Counted from the stretch's first letter, positions 9,584-20,385 are shown. The stretch is DNA of 64,000 nucleotides from a bacterium (GCA_021108295.1 JAIORF010000005.1:136531-200530), one strand, 5' to 3'. The notes: generated from the letters alone by a model not told the origin. A program made the numbers and translations.

Positions 9584-10665
9584 TATTTGTTGAGGTTGAA
9601 GAATTGGGCGTTGTCTTGTATATATTTTGGTAATATTTTCTTATCGACTGTAGTGATGAATGTTTGTTGTTTGTTTAAGACTTTCTTATCGAAGACAATG
9701 GCTGTATTTTTTATATCTAATTCTGATGCGATATCGTCTAGTAGGAGTATTGGGTGATATCCTAGTTCTTTTGCTATTATTTCGTGGGATTTAAAGATTA
9801 GATTACTTACAGCGAGTCTTTTTTGTCCACGAGATCCATATTTTTTAATGTCTTGGTTTGTGAATATGTCCCAGTCATCTCTGTGTGGCCCGATATTAGT
9901 GTATCCTGTTGCTATATCTCTTTTCTTGTTGTCTTCGAGGACTAGGTCTAGTATCTTTTGAATTTCTGTTGTGTTTTTACTTACTTTTTCAATTGGTTCT
10001 AACTCTTTATTACAGAAGTTGTATTTGAGTAAGAAGTTTTCTTCTGAGAACTTTTGTATAAGGGCGAGTCTTTTTGTGTAGATTATTGATGAGAGTTCTG
10101 AGAGTTGTAGTGTCCAGAAGTTTAGTTGTGGGTCGTGTTTAGAGACAATGCCTTTTTCATAGAAGATTTTTGCTAATTTCTTTAGGTAAGAATTTCTTTG
10201 TTTAAGTACTTTACGGAATTGTGAGAGTGTGGAGGGGTATTCGTAGTTTATAGTGGAGATTGTTTCATCTAGGAAGTTCCTCCTTTGGCTAGGGGAGAGC
10301 ATGAGGAGGTCTATTCTTTCAGGGTTAAAGATTGTTGCTGAATTATTAATGAAGAATTTCTTTGGTGTAGTTTTACTGTTGTCTATCATGTATACTTTGC
10401 GATTTTTATCTTTGTAATGGGCGTATTCGTTTTCTTCTGTGGTTATTTCAATTCTGCTGTGTTTTGATATACCGTTTTGTTCATTGTTTATATATTCATC
10501 ACTACTTGACCATGGGGAATTACCGTTACAGATGATGTGGAGGGCTTCTAGTAGGGAGCTTTTTCCTTGTGCGTTGTTGCCGTGGAAGACGATGAGGTTA
10601 GATGTGAAGTCTAATTCTAGTTCTTTGAATTTCCTAAAGTTGTTTAACTTGATTTTTTTAATCAT
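9580..10665 (-). CDS. recF: DNA replication/repair protein RecF
   Basis: NFR, GNNAQGKS, GPHRDD, SRGQKR, PILLLDDIASELD. Confidence 0.95.
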   Translation of the reverse strand: MIKKIKLNNFRKFKELELDFTSNLIVFHGNNAQGKSSLLEALHIICNGNSPWSSSDEYINNEQNGISKHSRIEITTEENEYAHYKDKNRKVYMIDNSKTTPKKFFINNSATIFNPERIDLLMLSPSQRRNFLDETISTINYEYPSTLSQFRKVLKQRNSYLKKLAKIFYEKGIVSKHDPQLNFWTLQLSELSSIIYTKRLALIQKFSEENFLLKYNFCNKELEPIEKVSKNTTEIQKILDLVLEDNKKRDIATGYTNIGPHRDDWDIFTNQDIKKYGSRGQKRLAVSNLIFKSHEIIAKELGYHPILLLDDIASELDIKNTAIVFDKKVLNKQQTFITTVDKKILPKYIQDNAQFFNLNKY

Positions 10666-12482
10666 TATGTTTTCAATATTGCAAGAAAGGCTTCTTGTGG
10701 TATGTTTACTCTTCCAATTTGTTTGAGTCTTTTCTTACCTTTCTTTTGTTTTTTGAGGAGTTTTTGTTTTCTGCTGTAGTCTCCTCCATAGAGGTTTGCT
10801 GTTACATCTTTTCTGAATGCTCTGACGTCTTCTCTTGCGATGAATTTGGCCCCTATTGCCGCTTGGAGAGGTATTGGGAATTGTTGTCTTGGTATTACTT
10901 TTTTCATAACTTCAAGTAATTTTACGGCTTTTGGTCTTGCTCCTTCTCTGGTTTCTAAGAAGCTTAGGGCTGGGATTTCATCTCGGTTGACTAGTACTGA
11001 GACTTTGACAAGGTCTACAGGGAAGAAATCTATGAATTCATATTCCATGGAGGCGTATCCACTTGATATGTTTTTGAGTTGGTCAAAGAAGTTGGATATG
11101 AGAGAGGCTAATGGCATGTCGTATTCGAGCAGGATGTACTGATCTTTTAGTTTGATGTTGGCGTCCCCCTGTGAGAGGTATTTTGTGTTTATATATGTAC
11201 CTCTGTGGGCTTGGCAGAGGTTCATTAGGTCTCCCATGTATCTGTCTGGGGTGAGTATTTCTGTTCTTACCCATGGTTCTGAGATTTCCTTTATTTTATT
11301 TGGGTCTGGGAGTTCGCTTGGTGTTTGTACTACAATTTCTTCATCGTTGATAGTGGTTATATGGTACTCAACCGTTGGTGCAGTAATTATTAATTCCACA
11401 TCATATTCTCTTTCTAGTCTTTCTTGTACAATTTGCATGTGCAGGAGTCCTAGGAAGCCACATCTAAATCCAGATCCTAGTAGTGCTGATCTTTGGTCTG
11501 AGAAGACGAGTGCGGCGTCGTTTAAGGCGAGTTTATTTAGTGATATTTTGAGTGGTTCGTAGTCTTCTGAGGTGGTTGGAAAGAAGGTTGCGAATACATT
11601 GGATTTTGGTGTTTTGTAACCGGGTAGGGCTTTTGTTTCTTTGTGGTCTGATACTGTGTCTCCTACTGTGAAGTATCTGATGTCTTTGAGTCCTGTTGCA
11701 ATGTATCCTACTTCCCCTGTACTTAGGGAGTTTGTTTCTTTAAGGTCTGGATTGAATATTCCTATTTCAGTTGGTTTGAAGCTTTCTTGTTTTTGGATCA
11801 TGTAGAGATCTTGTGGTTTGCTGTGTTTTTGAGAGATTGAGCCGTTGAAGATTCTGACTGCTACGACTACTCCTCTGTGTTCGTCGTAGAAGGAGTCAAA
11901 GATTAGTGCTTGTAGTGGTCCATTTGTATTTCCTTTTGGTGGTGGGCATTGTTTTACTATTTGTTCTAGTAGTTGGTCTACATTTTCTCCTGTTTTTCCT
12001 GAGACTTTTACAATGTCTTCTTTTTCAAATCCTAGGAGGCTGCATATTTCTTTTTCTCTTTCTTCAATATCTATATGTGGGAGGTCTATTTTATTTAGTA
12101 CTGGTATGAGGGTGAGTCCTAGGTCTAGTGCTTTCTTGGTGTTTGATATTGTTTGTGCTTGTATCCCTTGTGATGCGTCTACTAGGAGTAGGGCTGCTTC
12201 ACAGGCTGCTAGGGATCGGGATACTTCGTAGGAGAAGTCTACGTGTCCTGGTGTGTCTATGAGGTTTAGTTGGTATTCTTTGTAGTTCATTTTGCATGCT
12301 TGTAGTTTTATCGTTATTCCTCTTTCTTGTTCTAGTTCTAGTCTGTCTAGTATTCTTTCGTCGTGTTTTTCGTTTCTGGTGTCTGTGTTTGTTGCTTCTA
12401 GTATCCTATCAGCTAGTGTGGATTTACCGTGGTCAATGTGTGCAATTATTGAGAAATTGCGTATTTTATTAAGTTCATGCAT
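10665..12482 (-). CDS. lepA: Elongation factor 4
   Basis: IRNFSIIAHIDHGKSTLADR, GFRCGFLGLLH, FRKDVTA.LYGGD. Confidence 0.97.
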   Translation of the reverse strand: MHELNKIRNFSIIAHIDHGKSTLADRILEATNTDTRNEKHDERILDRLELEQERGITIKLQACKMNYKEYQLNLIDTPGHVDFSYEVSRSLAACEAALLLVDASQGIQAQTISNTKKALDLGLTLIPVLNKIDLPHIDIEEREKEICSLLGFEKEDIVKVSGKTGENVDQLLEQIVKQCPPPKGNTNGPLQALIFDSFYDEHRGVVVAVRIFNGSISQKHSKPQDLYMIQKQESFKPTEIGIFNPDLKETNSLSTGEVGYIATGLKDIRYFTVGDTVSDHKETKALPGYKTPKSNVFATFFPTTSEDYEPLKISLNKLALNDAALVFSDQRSALLGSGFRCGFLGLLHMQIVQERLEREYDVELIITAPTVEYHITTINDEEIVVQTPSELPDPNKIKEISEPWVRTEILTPDRYMGDLMNLCQAHRGTYINTKYLSQGDANIKLKDQYILLEYDMPLASLISNFFDQLKNISSGYASMEYEFIDFFPVDLVKVSVLVNRDEIPALSFLETREGARPKAVKLLEVMKKVIPRQQFPIPLQAAIGAKFIAREDVRAFRKDVTANLYGGDYSRKQKLLKKQKKGKKRLKQIGRVNIPQEAFLAILKT

Positions 12483-12523
12483 ATCATGGATTATACAAAG
12501 TAAGGGGGTTTTTGGGTAGGGAC

Positions 12524-13090
12524 TTACCTAATTCCTATTTTCATCTCAAACTCTTCACTAAACTGTACACCAACCAGACTCTCTATAGTTAGGTATATAT
12601 CGTATGTAGCTCTTGGTTTAAGTAGTATCTCTACGCTCTCTGATTGGCCCGTACTGTGTTGTAATGTATATACTTGATCATTTATTATCAACCCAATCTC
12701 TGACCGTGTAGGATTGAGCGTAGTGCCAAGGAAGGTCAAAATCTTTTCTTCGTCTGTATTGTTACCAATTTGTAATATTGGTTTGGAGTAAAAGTCTGAT
12801 TCTCTTTGTGTAAGCATTGCGTTGTATATATATCCACTATCTCCATTCTTAGATATTTTCTCTACACTTAAGACCTCGTGTGTACCACCTACTAGATCTA
12901 CAATGACTTTGGAATTGGTGGCTACGCCTAATACATCTGTAAACTCTCTAATGTTTTTAGTAATTGGTTCTAGATTAATTACAGTAAGTGTTGGGATTAT
13001 GAAGAGCAGTGCAAGTACACCAAGAGCAATTGGCTCAAGGAATTTACCTAGAAGGTTTCTGACTTTCGATTGCTTGTTTTTTGTTATCAT
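12524..13090 (-). CDS. Hypothetical membrane-anchored protein
   Basis: N-terminal TM helix followed by DVLG and a beta-rich soluble region. Confidence 0.7.
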   Translation of the reverse strand: MITKNKQSKVRNLLGKFLEPIALGVLALLFIIPTLTVINLEPITKNIREFTDVLGVATNSKVIVDLVGGTHEVLSVEKISKNGDSGYIYNAMLTQRESDFYSKPILQIGNNTDEEKILTFLGTTLNPTRSEIGLIINDQVYTLQHSTGQSESVEILLKPRATYDIYLTIESLVGVQFSEEFEMKIGIR

Positions 13091-13092
13091 TT

Positions 13093-13647
13093 TTAAAAGT
13101 ATGAATGCTTACTACTACTAGGATATATCTTCTCAGTTTCAATTTCAAATGTTTTAATTAATCCCCAGATAGAGAGGAGGGAAATGACTCCAGCAGTAAT
13201 GCCTACCCAGAGGTAAGTATCTCCTTGTAGAGAGTTTGTGATTGTGATTATGGAGGATATTACAACGAATGTTGTCCATATGAAGATTTGGAGGAATGTA
13301 GAGGTAGAGCTTGTAACCCATTTAAGCATATTGAATTTTACAACCTTAGCTATTGTCCTTGGGTTATGTTTTGCACTTTGTAATATTGTGGTTTGAAGAA
13401 TCATATAGAGGGTGATGAGGCCAAGTAGGGAAATCATTACTAGGTCTGATATGGAGTTAACAAAAAGGGTTGTTTCTGAGTCTGGCAGAAAGATTTGTGT
13501 GGAGAATATCCCACTTATTTCATTACCCACACTAAATTGGATACTGTAAAAGGCGATTAGTACAAAAAGCCCCAAGAATTTACCTGCAATCATTAGGACT
13601 GCTGGAAGTAGTGAGAGTCTAAGAGCCTTTTTTAGCAGATTTGACAT
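13093..13647 (-). CDS. Hypothetical integral membrane protein (about 4 TM)
   Basis: Hydrophobic segments; ATG 13647 overlaps the rpsT 3' end. Confidence 0.7.
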   Translation of the reverse strand: MSNLLKKALRLSLLPAVLMIAGKFLGLFVLIAFYSIQFSVGNEISGIFSTQIFLPDSETTLFVNSISDLVMISLLGLITLYMILQTTILQSAKHNPRTIAKVVKFNMLKWVTSSTSTFLQIFIWTTFVVISSIITITNSLQGDTYLWVGITAGVISLLSIWGLIKTFEIETEKIYPSSSKHSYF

Positions 13648-13915
13648 TATCTTGGGCAAGATTGTTAAGTTTAGCTGCAAGTCTTGATTTATTTCTACTT
13701 GCGTTGCCTTTCTTAATGATATGTTTCTTGGCTGCTTTGTCAAGTACTTTATTTACTTGAGGGAGTGCTTTTGTTGCTTCGTCTAGCTTTTTCTCTTCTA
13801 TTAAAGCATTAAATCTCTTAGTAGCTTTTTTAACACGATTTCTAAGTCTATCGTTAAAAACGGTCCTTTTTTTAGTTTGTCTTAAATCTTTGATTGATGT
13901 TCTTAAATTTGGCAT
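13619..13915 (-). CDS. rpsT: 30S ribosomal protein S20
   Basis: MPNLRTSIKDLRQ...LDKAAKKHIIKKGNASRNKSRL. Confidence 0.95.
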   Translation of the reverse strand: MPNLRTSIKDLRQTKKRTVFNDRLRNRVKKATKRFNALIEEKKLDEATKALPQVNKVLDKAAKKHIIKKGNASRNKSRLAAKLNNLAQDNVKSAKKGS

Positions 13916-13949
13916 TCAATTAGCAAAATATATTAATTTGAAGTCGGTA

Positions 13950-13978
13950 ATTATATCGGTATTTAAAGTATTTGTAAA
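13950..13978 (-). promoter_or_regulatory. Sigma70 promoter for rpsT
   Basis: TTTACA-17 nt-TATAAT on the minus strand. Confidence 0.7.
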
Positions 13979-14006
13979 CATTTAAATTTCTGTTACACTA
14001 TATTGT

Positions 14007-14408
14007 ATGGAAGGAAGGATTAGAATTTGGATTCTGGTGGTACTCTTCATTGCTTTAGTGGGAGTGCTCGGTCGTTTTGCTTTTGAAGACAAGCATTCTT
14101 TAGAAGAGAGTGTTTTGGGTAGTAGTGTAGTTGATTACAAGAGTGTACCGTATATTACCTCTGTACCTATGGGATCTCTGTATGTTGGAGAGCTATTTAG
14201 ATATTTTGTAGAGGTAAGTGATTTGGATACTGAAGTAGAGGGGCTTGCTGTATTCCTTACGGAGAAGCCTGAGTGGATGTATATGGAAGGGAATGAGATT
14301 AGGGGTGTGCCACTTGAGAGTGGTACTTACAGATATATTGTGACTGTATCAGATGGAGAGAGTTCTTCTTCTGTGCTAAATTATGTTTTAGTCGAGGTTT
14401 ATGAGTAG
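14007..14408 (+). CDS. Membrane-anchored putative Ig (He_PIG/cadherin-like) domain protein
   Basis: TM helix, then P.ITS.P...PEWM...IRGVP...VTVSDG. Confidence 0.7.
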   Translation: MEGRIRIWILVVLFIALVGVLGRFAFEDKHSLEESVLGSSVVDYKSVPYITSVPMGSLYVGELFRYFVEVSDLDTEVEGLAVFLTEKPEWMYMEGNEIRGVPLESGTYRYIVTVSDGESSSSVLNYVLVEVYE

Positions 14409-14796
14409 GAAGTTAATGTTTATATTTAGTGGAGTATTGGTGTTCCTTCTTGGAACTCTTGTGGTTTTTGTTTTTAAGGCTCAAGGGTCTAGTGAGTTGG
14501 ATATGGTGTCTGGTTGTGTGCCTTACAATGTTTCGTTGTCTAGGGGGGAGAGTGATCATCAGGTTGTAATTGATTGGAAGACGGAAGAGGAGTGTGTAGG
14601 GTATGTGATGTATGGGGATGATAGGGGGAATTTAGATCTAGTAAGTATTGATACTAGAGATCTTTCGTCTAAGGTGCATACAGTAGTTCTTGAGAAGCTG
14701 CTTAGTACAAAGAATTATTACTTTGTGATTAATTCAGGGGATATGGATTATGGTGATAGTGGGGTTCCTTTATCTTTCTCTCTCTCTTCTCTCTAA
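14401..14796 (+). CDS. Membrane-anchored FN3-like domain protein
   Basis: TM helix; VVIDWKT...YG...HTVVLEKL.STKNYYFVI pattern. Confidence 0.7.
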   Translation: MSRKLMFIFSGVLVFLLGTLVVFVFKAQGSSELDMVSGCVPYNVSLSRGESDHQVVIDWKTEEECVGYVMYGDDRGNLDLVSIDTRDLSSKVHTVVLEKLLSTKNYYFVINSGDMDYGDSGVPLSFSLSSL

Positions 14797-16491
14797 TAGT
14801 CTTTCTTCAAAATATCGTTTAGGTGAGAATATCTTGTAGGATGCCATTTCCGCATTTCTGTATGTATTTGAGCCTACAATCATTGTGGCTAATTGATTTC
14901 CTTTATTGGTGTTGTGTATTATTATACCGATCATCATGATTGCGATACCTATAAAGATTCTTCCAAGTGTAGTATCAAATATCCCTGTTTGGGGTATAGT
15001 GGTGTCTATATCGTCACAGTCTTGAGCGACAATGATTTCTATGGAGGAACTTAGTGTGGATGGGTCTTCTGGTATTTCTGATGGTGTTACAATTACTTCG
15101 TTTAAGTTTGTACCGCTTAGGGAGTTGTCTCCTGCAATGGCACTGAATGATATTGTTAGTGCTCCTGCTGGGTCTATTGACCAAGAGTTTTGTGGTTCCC
15201 ATACAATTTCTTGTGAATCTCCTATGTCTGTTGTAGTTACAAAGACTGAATCTGCTATTGAATTCCCATTCAATGTAGATGAGCTTAGTACATATTCAAA
15301 TCCTAGTGGTAGTTTGTCCTTTATGGATTCTATGGTGTCAGTTATATCTCCGTTATTTCTGACAGTTATTGTAAAGGTAGATGTGTTCTCAGGAGAGACT
15401 CTTTCTACACATGTTTCTGAAGAGGTTTTTGTGACATTGAACTGTGATTCAGTTGCAGTAGTCTCTTCTTCTTCCTCCTCTTGTGTCTGACCTTCTGGTG
15501 GTGTTATGAGGAATATCTCTTCGGTTGTTGTTCCTATACTAATATCGTCTTGTAAAACTTCTACTGTTACTGTCACATCTCCGTAGTATGTGTTGAGTGC
15601 AGAAAAGGATTCACTTCCTGCGAAGTTGGTGGAGTTGTAGAGGTTGCTTTCTGTGACTGTTATACGTCCTTTATCTGGGTCCAATTCAAAACCAGTTATC
15701 ATTGTAAGGGTTTTGTCTTTGAAGGAGAACATTATGTTGGTATTTGTGTCTTTGAGTCCTCCAGCAGTAATGGTTGCTGTCTTTATCGTAGTTCTGTCAT
15801 CTGATGTGTATGTATCAAGCATTAGTGAGCTTATTCCAGTTTCTGCAGTTGTAGATATTTCTATTAGTCTGTTACAGATGATGGAGCTGACGGTGTCTCC
15901 TTTGTTGTCTACTGCTTGTGCAGAGATTTGTAGCGTACTGTCGTCTCCAAAGTCAGAAATGGTTAGGGCTATGGAGGTATCTGTAGTTGTATCAGGTTGG
16001 GTTGGGACATTATTTATTAAGAATTTGTAGTCTGTGTATTCTGCTGAGTCAAATGTTGCACTGATAGTTAAGGTTTCAGTTGGTACAATTTTTCCTGTAA
16101 CTATTAAACCGCTCTCTGTTTTAACTTCCATAGCATTGCATTTTGTACTTAGTATTTTTGTTGTAGTGCAGGTTATGTAGTCTTCTTGTGGTGTCGTACT
16201 GTTAAGCATGTTGATGGAAAGATCCGTAAGTGGGCATGATGCAGAACAGTCGCTGAGTGTACCAGTAGAGGTGTTAAATTTGAAAGCTCTTTTAGTATCT
16301 CCACATGTAGTAGTGACCTGTGGGTCTATGTAGTAACATCCGCATGTGATTATTTGGTCTTCTTCTTTTTGGAAGATGTCTCCTATAAGATAGAAGTATA
16401 TTATTGCTCCAACTAAGGCTAGGACTAGTATTCCGAGTAGGGTGAAGAGTATATTTGTTATTGTTTTGGATTTTTTCTTCTGCTGGTCCAT
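14770..16491 (-). CDS. Surface protein with DUF11-like Ig domain and an LPxTG-like sorting signal
   Basis: N-terminal TM, Cys cluster, VTKT..TFTITVRNNG..IKDKLPLGFEYV (DUF11), IPQTG + TM + basic C-terminus. Confidence 0.7.
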   Translation of the reverse strand: MDQQKKKSKTITNILFTLLGILVLALVGAIIYFYLIGDIFQKEEDQIITCGCYYIDPQVTTTCGDTKRAFKFNTSTGTLSDCSASCPLTDLSINMLNSTTPQEDYITCTTTKILSTKCNAMEVKTESGLIVTGKIVPTETLTISATFDSAEYTDYKFLINNVPTQPDTTTDTSIALTISDFGDDSTLQISAQAVDNKGDTVSSIICNRLIEISTTAETGISSLMLDTYTSDDRTTIKTATITAGGLKDTNTNIMFSFKDKTLTMITGFELDPDKGRITVTESNLYNSTNFAGSESFSALNTYYGDVTVTVEVLQDDISIGTTTEEIFLITPPEGQTQEEEEEETTATESQFNVTKTSSETCVERVSPENTSTFTITVRNNGDITDTIESIKDKLPLGFEYVLSSSTLNGNSIADSVFVTTTDIGDSQEIVWEPQNSWSIDPAGALTISFSAIAGDNSLSGTNLNEVIVTPSEIPEDPSTLSSSIEIIVAQDCDDIDTTIPQTGIFDTTLGRIFIGIAIMMIGIIIHNTNKGNQLATMIVGSNTYRNAEMASYKIFSPKRYFEERLLERRERER

Positions 16492-16551
16492 ATTTAGGCA
16501 GTAATATTACATTCTTGATATAGTTTAGGTTAATATCTTGGTAAATGTCAA

Positions 16552-17472
16552 CTAAAGGATTAGGGTAAAAAGGGAAAGACCTAGTGTTGGTTCTATTCTT
16601 CCTGTTTTAATTTTATAGTCAAGGTTACAAAGCTTCTTGTATTGTAAGAGGAGTCTTTGTCTATTAGTGTTTCTTACACTTTTTATTACGGGGTATATTG
16701 CAAATGGAGGGAGTTTAAGTATTGATGCGAAAAGTCTTTCGTTTGTGTTGTTGTCTAGTAGGTCTTTTGTCTGTATTGCAATTCTAAGATTACGAGCTAT
16801 CATGGCGAGTATGTAGTGAGGATCCGTCTTGTATTCGAGGAGTTTCTCGAGTGTATTGCTTATGCCTGTGTGGTCTGAGATATTTATGTAGTCCATGAGT
16901 TTCCAGATGTCTGTTTCTAAGGTGTCTGCTACCGTTTGATTGAGGTTCTCTTGGTCAATGGTGTCTGTTTCTAAGAGTTTGAGTTTATCTAGATTGTTAT
17001 TAAATCTTTCTGGTTCATAGTTTGATCTTTGAGAGAGGGTGTTAAGTATCTCAGGAGGTATGGTGAATGGGAGTTGCTCGGTTTCTTTTCTTGCCCATGT
17101 GACGAAGCTTCTTTTATTTAGTTTAGGGAATTCGTCTACGGAATTTCTTTCTTTGAAGAATTTGAAATATTTTGTATTACTTCTAATCTTTTGATCTTCC
17201 CAGATGAGGATTGTAAGAGAATCGTTGTCTAGTATTTCAAAAAGGGTTTTTATTAAGATTTCTTTTTCTTTGTTTTTGTATACTCGTTTTAGGAAATATA
17301 TTTTTTGTGTATTGAAGAGGGATGGTGAGTAGAGTGTGTCAATTATCTTTTCTACTTTGGTACTGTCTGCATCTATGGTGATTATGTCGTTGTCTAGGAA
17401 TTGTGTGGTGAGTAACTCGTGTATTGATCGTAGTGAGAGGTATGTGTTTTTGCCATGGTAGAGTTTTTGCAT
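16552..17472 (-). CDS. holA: DNA polymerase III delta subunit
   Basis: LYHGKNTY, PSLF, IWKLMD, PFAI, LDYKIKTG. Confidence 0.8.
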   Translation of the reverse strand: MQKLYHGKNTYLSLRSIHELLTTQFLDNDIITIDADSTKVEKIIDTLYSPSLFNTQKIYFLKRVYKNKEKEILIKTLFEILDNDSLTILIWEDQKIRSNTKYFKFFKERNSVDEFPKLNKRSFVTWARKETEQLPFTIPPEILNTLSQRSNYEPERFNNNLDKLKLLETDTIDQENLNQTVADTLETDIWKLMDYINISDHTGISNTLEKLLEYKTDPHYILAMIARNLRIAIQTKDLLDNNTNERLFASILKLPPFAIYPVIKSVRNTNRQRLLLQYKKLCNLDYKIKTGRIEPTLGLSLFTLIL

Positions 17473-18930
17473 TTATGGTGTAGGTTGAGTAACAGTTTCT
17501 TCTAGGACTTCTCCAACTTCTTGTCCAAAGAGGATGGTAATGTCTTCTGCATTTAGTGTTGTAGTGAGGTATTCTGGTTTGGTTATATTGTTTGCTTCGA
17601 GGTATTGGTTTATGGAGTCTAATGAGTGTGAGAAGTCGTTGTCGTTGTTGATGTATATGGTTGTTCCATCTTTATCATTGTAGAGAGTTCCCATATATCC
17701 AATTTTGAGGTATGGGAATTGTTCTACTAGGTCGTAATATTTTTGAGAGGTTTCATTGTATCCGAGTCCTGTATTGTAAATCTTTATGACAGGATTCTCT
17801 TTGTAAAGTTGGGGGTTGTTTTGTAGAAGTCCCATGTATTCGTGTATGTCTTCGTAGTTTCCAAGTCCGTTTATTGGTCCAATTGCGTATGCTCCTGTAT
17901 TTATTACATTTTGGCTAGTAAGTAGTTTTCCTGCTCCTGCGCTTGGGTCTAGGATGAAAGAGTAACTGTTTCCGGTGTCTTTGAATTTGGTGAGTAGATC
18001 TACTCCTACTTCAATGTCATCGAGTGTGAATTCTGATATTTGGATATTGTCTTGTACTACATTAAAAAGGTTCATGAGTGCTCTTGGGTCGAGGAGTGAA
18101 CCGGACATTATCTTCTCAGTGATTGAGGATATTACGATTTGTTGTCTTTTTGCTCTAGCAAAGTCAGAGCCTTCGTGGTTTTGCATAGAGTGTCTTGATC
18201 TTGCATATTCTAAGGCTGTAGCTCCGTCCATGTGTTGTACTCCTTCTACAAATCTTACAGTTTTGTATCCAAAGTTGTCAGGGTACATGTAGTCAGTAAA
18301 GCTGTTTTCTATATTTACATCTATTCCTCCAAGAGCGTCTATTAGTTCTACAAATCCTTTGTAATCTATCATTGCATTGTATTGTATTTCTTGTCCTGTT
18401 ACTTCTGTTACAACTTCGCAGAGTCTTGGCATTCCGAGGTCCTCAGCTTTTTGTTCGAATGTAGAGTAGACAGAATTTATTCTACTAAACCAAATTACAT
18501 CTGGTTTAATTTGTACATGTAGATCTCTAGGTATGGAGGTCATTGTGATGTCCTGTGTGTCGTAATTGTAAGAGATGAGGATGAGGCTGTCTGTGTTGAG
18601 TAGGTTACCATTTTCTCTGGTGTCTACTCCTACGACTAGGATGTTGGTATATTTACCGGTACTGTCCTTTTTAAGTTCTGGGGTGTTTTGGGCAATGATA
18701 TCGTTTGGTCTGAATTTGAGACCTATTGCTGTTCCTGTCTTGTATGCTTTGTAGACAAAGTATCCTGCGTAGCTAATTGCTGCTGTGACAATGAGGGCGA
18801 TGATGATGATGAGAACCTTTGTAATTTTTTGTTTGACTGTAGGTGGTGGTTTGAGAGGGTCTAATTGTTTTGTGATTTTTCTGACGTCTCTAGGTTGTTT
18901 TATTTTAGAGTCGTCTAGGGTAATTCTCAT
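17473..18930 (-). CDS. LCP (LytR-CpsA-Psr) family protein
   Basis: NILVVGVD, TDSLIL, SIPRD, ALEYARSRH, SDFARAKRQQ. Confidence 0.92.
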   Translation of the reverse strand: MRITLDDSKIKQPRDVRKITKQLDPLKPPPTVKQKITKVLIIIIALIVTAAISYAGYFVYKAYKTGTAIGLKFRPNDIIAQNTPELKKDSTGKYTNILVVGVDTRENGNLLNTDSLILISYNYDTQDITMTSIPRDLHVQIKPDVIWFSRINSVYSTFEQKAEDLGMPRLCEVVTEVTGQEIQYNAMIDYKGFVELIDALGGIDVNIENSFTDYMYPDNFGYKTVRFVEGVQHMDGATALEYARSRHSMQNHEGSDFARAKRQQIVISSITEKIMSGSLLDPRALMNLFNVVQDNIQISEFTLDDIEVGVDLLTKFKDTGNSYSFILDPSAGAGKLLTSQNVINTGAYAIGPINGLGNYEDIHEYMGLLQNNPQLYKENPVIKIYNTGLGYNETSQKYYDLVEQFPYLKIGYMGTLYNDKDGTTIYINNDNDFSHSLDSINQYLEANNITKPEYLTTTLNAEDITILFGQEVGEVLEETVTQPTP

Positions 18931-18941
18931 GGCAGTGGACT

Positions 18942-19952
18942 TTATCTTAAATATTGATTTACATTTGTATTGTGTTCATTGAGAGTTGTTGAGTAGTGTG
19001 GTGTACCATCGTCTTCGTGTATGTAGTAGTAGTAATTGTTTGGTTGTGGGTTTCTTACTGCATTTATTGCTTCTAGTCCTGGATTACATATTGGTGTTGG
19101 TACTAGTCCTAGTTGTTTGTATGTATTATATGGGTTTTGGGAGTCTTTGTCTGCTTGTGTAATGACATGTTTCCAGTCTTTGACGGGGTAGAGTAGTGTT
19201 GCATCGATTTGTAGTAACCATCCTTCGCTGTATCTCCTTTGAATTATGTCAGCAATTATTGCTCTGTCTGTACTGTTGTATCCTTCTCGTTCTACCATGG
19301 AGGCAATGATGATGTCTTCGTATGTGTCACTAGTGCCGATTTTTGTTACAAAGGAAGTTACCATTTTCGTTAGTACAGATTTTGTAGTACTTTCTATTGA
19401 GAATGCGTATTTGTCGGGGAATATGTATCCTTCTAGATTGGTTACTTCTTCACTAAATCCAAATTGGGAAATATATTCAAGGTTTGTTGTTAGTGAAAGA
19501 AATTCTGTTGTAGAGAAATCGACTGTGTCATATGTAAGGAGTTCTTTTTGTAAGATATCTGCGATTTCGTCTTTTCGAAGTCCTTCGGGAAGGGTTACCC
19601 ATATATCTTGACTGTCTGCATGTTGGAGGGATTCTATAAGTTCTATGATGTTTAGATTGAGAGGTAGGTTGTATGTACCTGCTTGAATTTTTGAGGACAG
19701 GTCGTTTAGCTTAAGGTATGTTTTGAGATATGTCTCCCAGCTTTCTTTTATTACTCCAGCGTCAATAAGTTCTTCAATAATTATGTCTACTGCTTGTCCC
19801 TCATTAATTACTATTGTTACTTTTTCACTTGAGTCACTGTTTGGGGTTTCAATTATTTGGTTGTATTTGAGTTTAATAAATATTCCACCTACTACTATTG
19901 TTATTAATGCAAAGGTGAAGATTTTTACTAGAGTTTTTAAGTTTTTAAACAT
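18942..19952 (-). CDS. mltG: Endolytic transglycosylase MltG
   Basis: LPEGLR, LEGYIFPDKY, ASMVERE, LQIDAT, NPYNTY, PTPICNPG. Confidence 0.93.
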   Translation of the reverse strand: MFKNLKTLVKIFTFALITIVVGGIFIKLKYNQIIETPNSDSSEKVTIVINEGQAVDIIIEELIDAGVIKESWETYLKTYLKLNDLSSKIQAGTYNLPLNLNIIELIESLQHADSQDIWVTLPEGLRKDEIADILQKELLTYDTVDFSTTEFLSLTTNLEYISQFGFSEEVTNLEGYIFPDKYAFSIESTTKSVLTKMVTSFVTKIGTSDTYEDIIIASMVEREGYNSTDRAIIADIIQRRYSEGWLLQIDATLLYPVKDWKHVITQADKDSQNPYNTYKQLGLVPTPICNPGLEAINAVRNPQPNNYYYYIHEDDGTPHYSTTLNEHNTNVNQYLR

Positions 19953-20385
19953 TTTCTTGTGGTTTTGAATTTAAGAATTCTTGTAGAAATACGGCAGCAG
20001 CTACACTGTCTATTTTCTTTCTACTCTTTTTGGTTGATTGGCTTGTGTATAGTAGCATATCTTGAGCGGTAACTGTAGAGTAGCTTTCGTCGTAGGGAAG
20101 GATTGGTAGTTTGATACCGTTCTTTAGGATTTGTTCGAATTTTTCTATTTTCTTTATTGTTCTTTGGTGTGAGATTTCAAACATTTGTGGTTTTCCTAAG
20201 AGTATTGTTTGTACTTTATTTGTTTCGCATATGTCTGAGATTTTTTCTATAATTTTGTCATATCCGTTCATTGGTGTTATGTGTAAGACTTCAAGTGGTG
20301 TGGCAACTATTCCTTTGAAGTCTGATATTGCGAGTCCTATGTGTTTTGTACCATAGTCTATGGCTAGTATTGGGTATTGTGTCAT
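19945..20385 (-). CDS. ruvX: RuvX/YqgF pre-16S rRNA nuclease
   Basis: LAIDYGTKHIGLAISD, DESYST, DSVAAAVFLQ. Confidence 0.93.
   Translation of the reverse strand: MTQYPILAIDYGTKHIGLAISDFKGIVATPLEVLHITPMNGYDKIIEKISDICETNKVQTILLGKPQMFEISHQRTIKKIEKFEQILKNGIKLPILPYDESYSTVTAQDMLLYTSQSTKKSRKKIDSVAAAVFLQEFLNSKPQENV

Noticed and set aside
13648-13743. N-terminal extension of the 13093 membrane protein
   Set aside because: It overlaps rpsT extensively in another frame; ATG 13647 is more plausible
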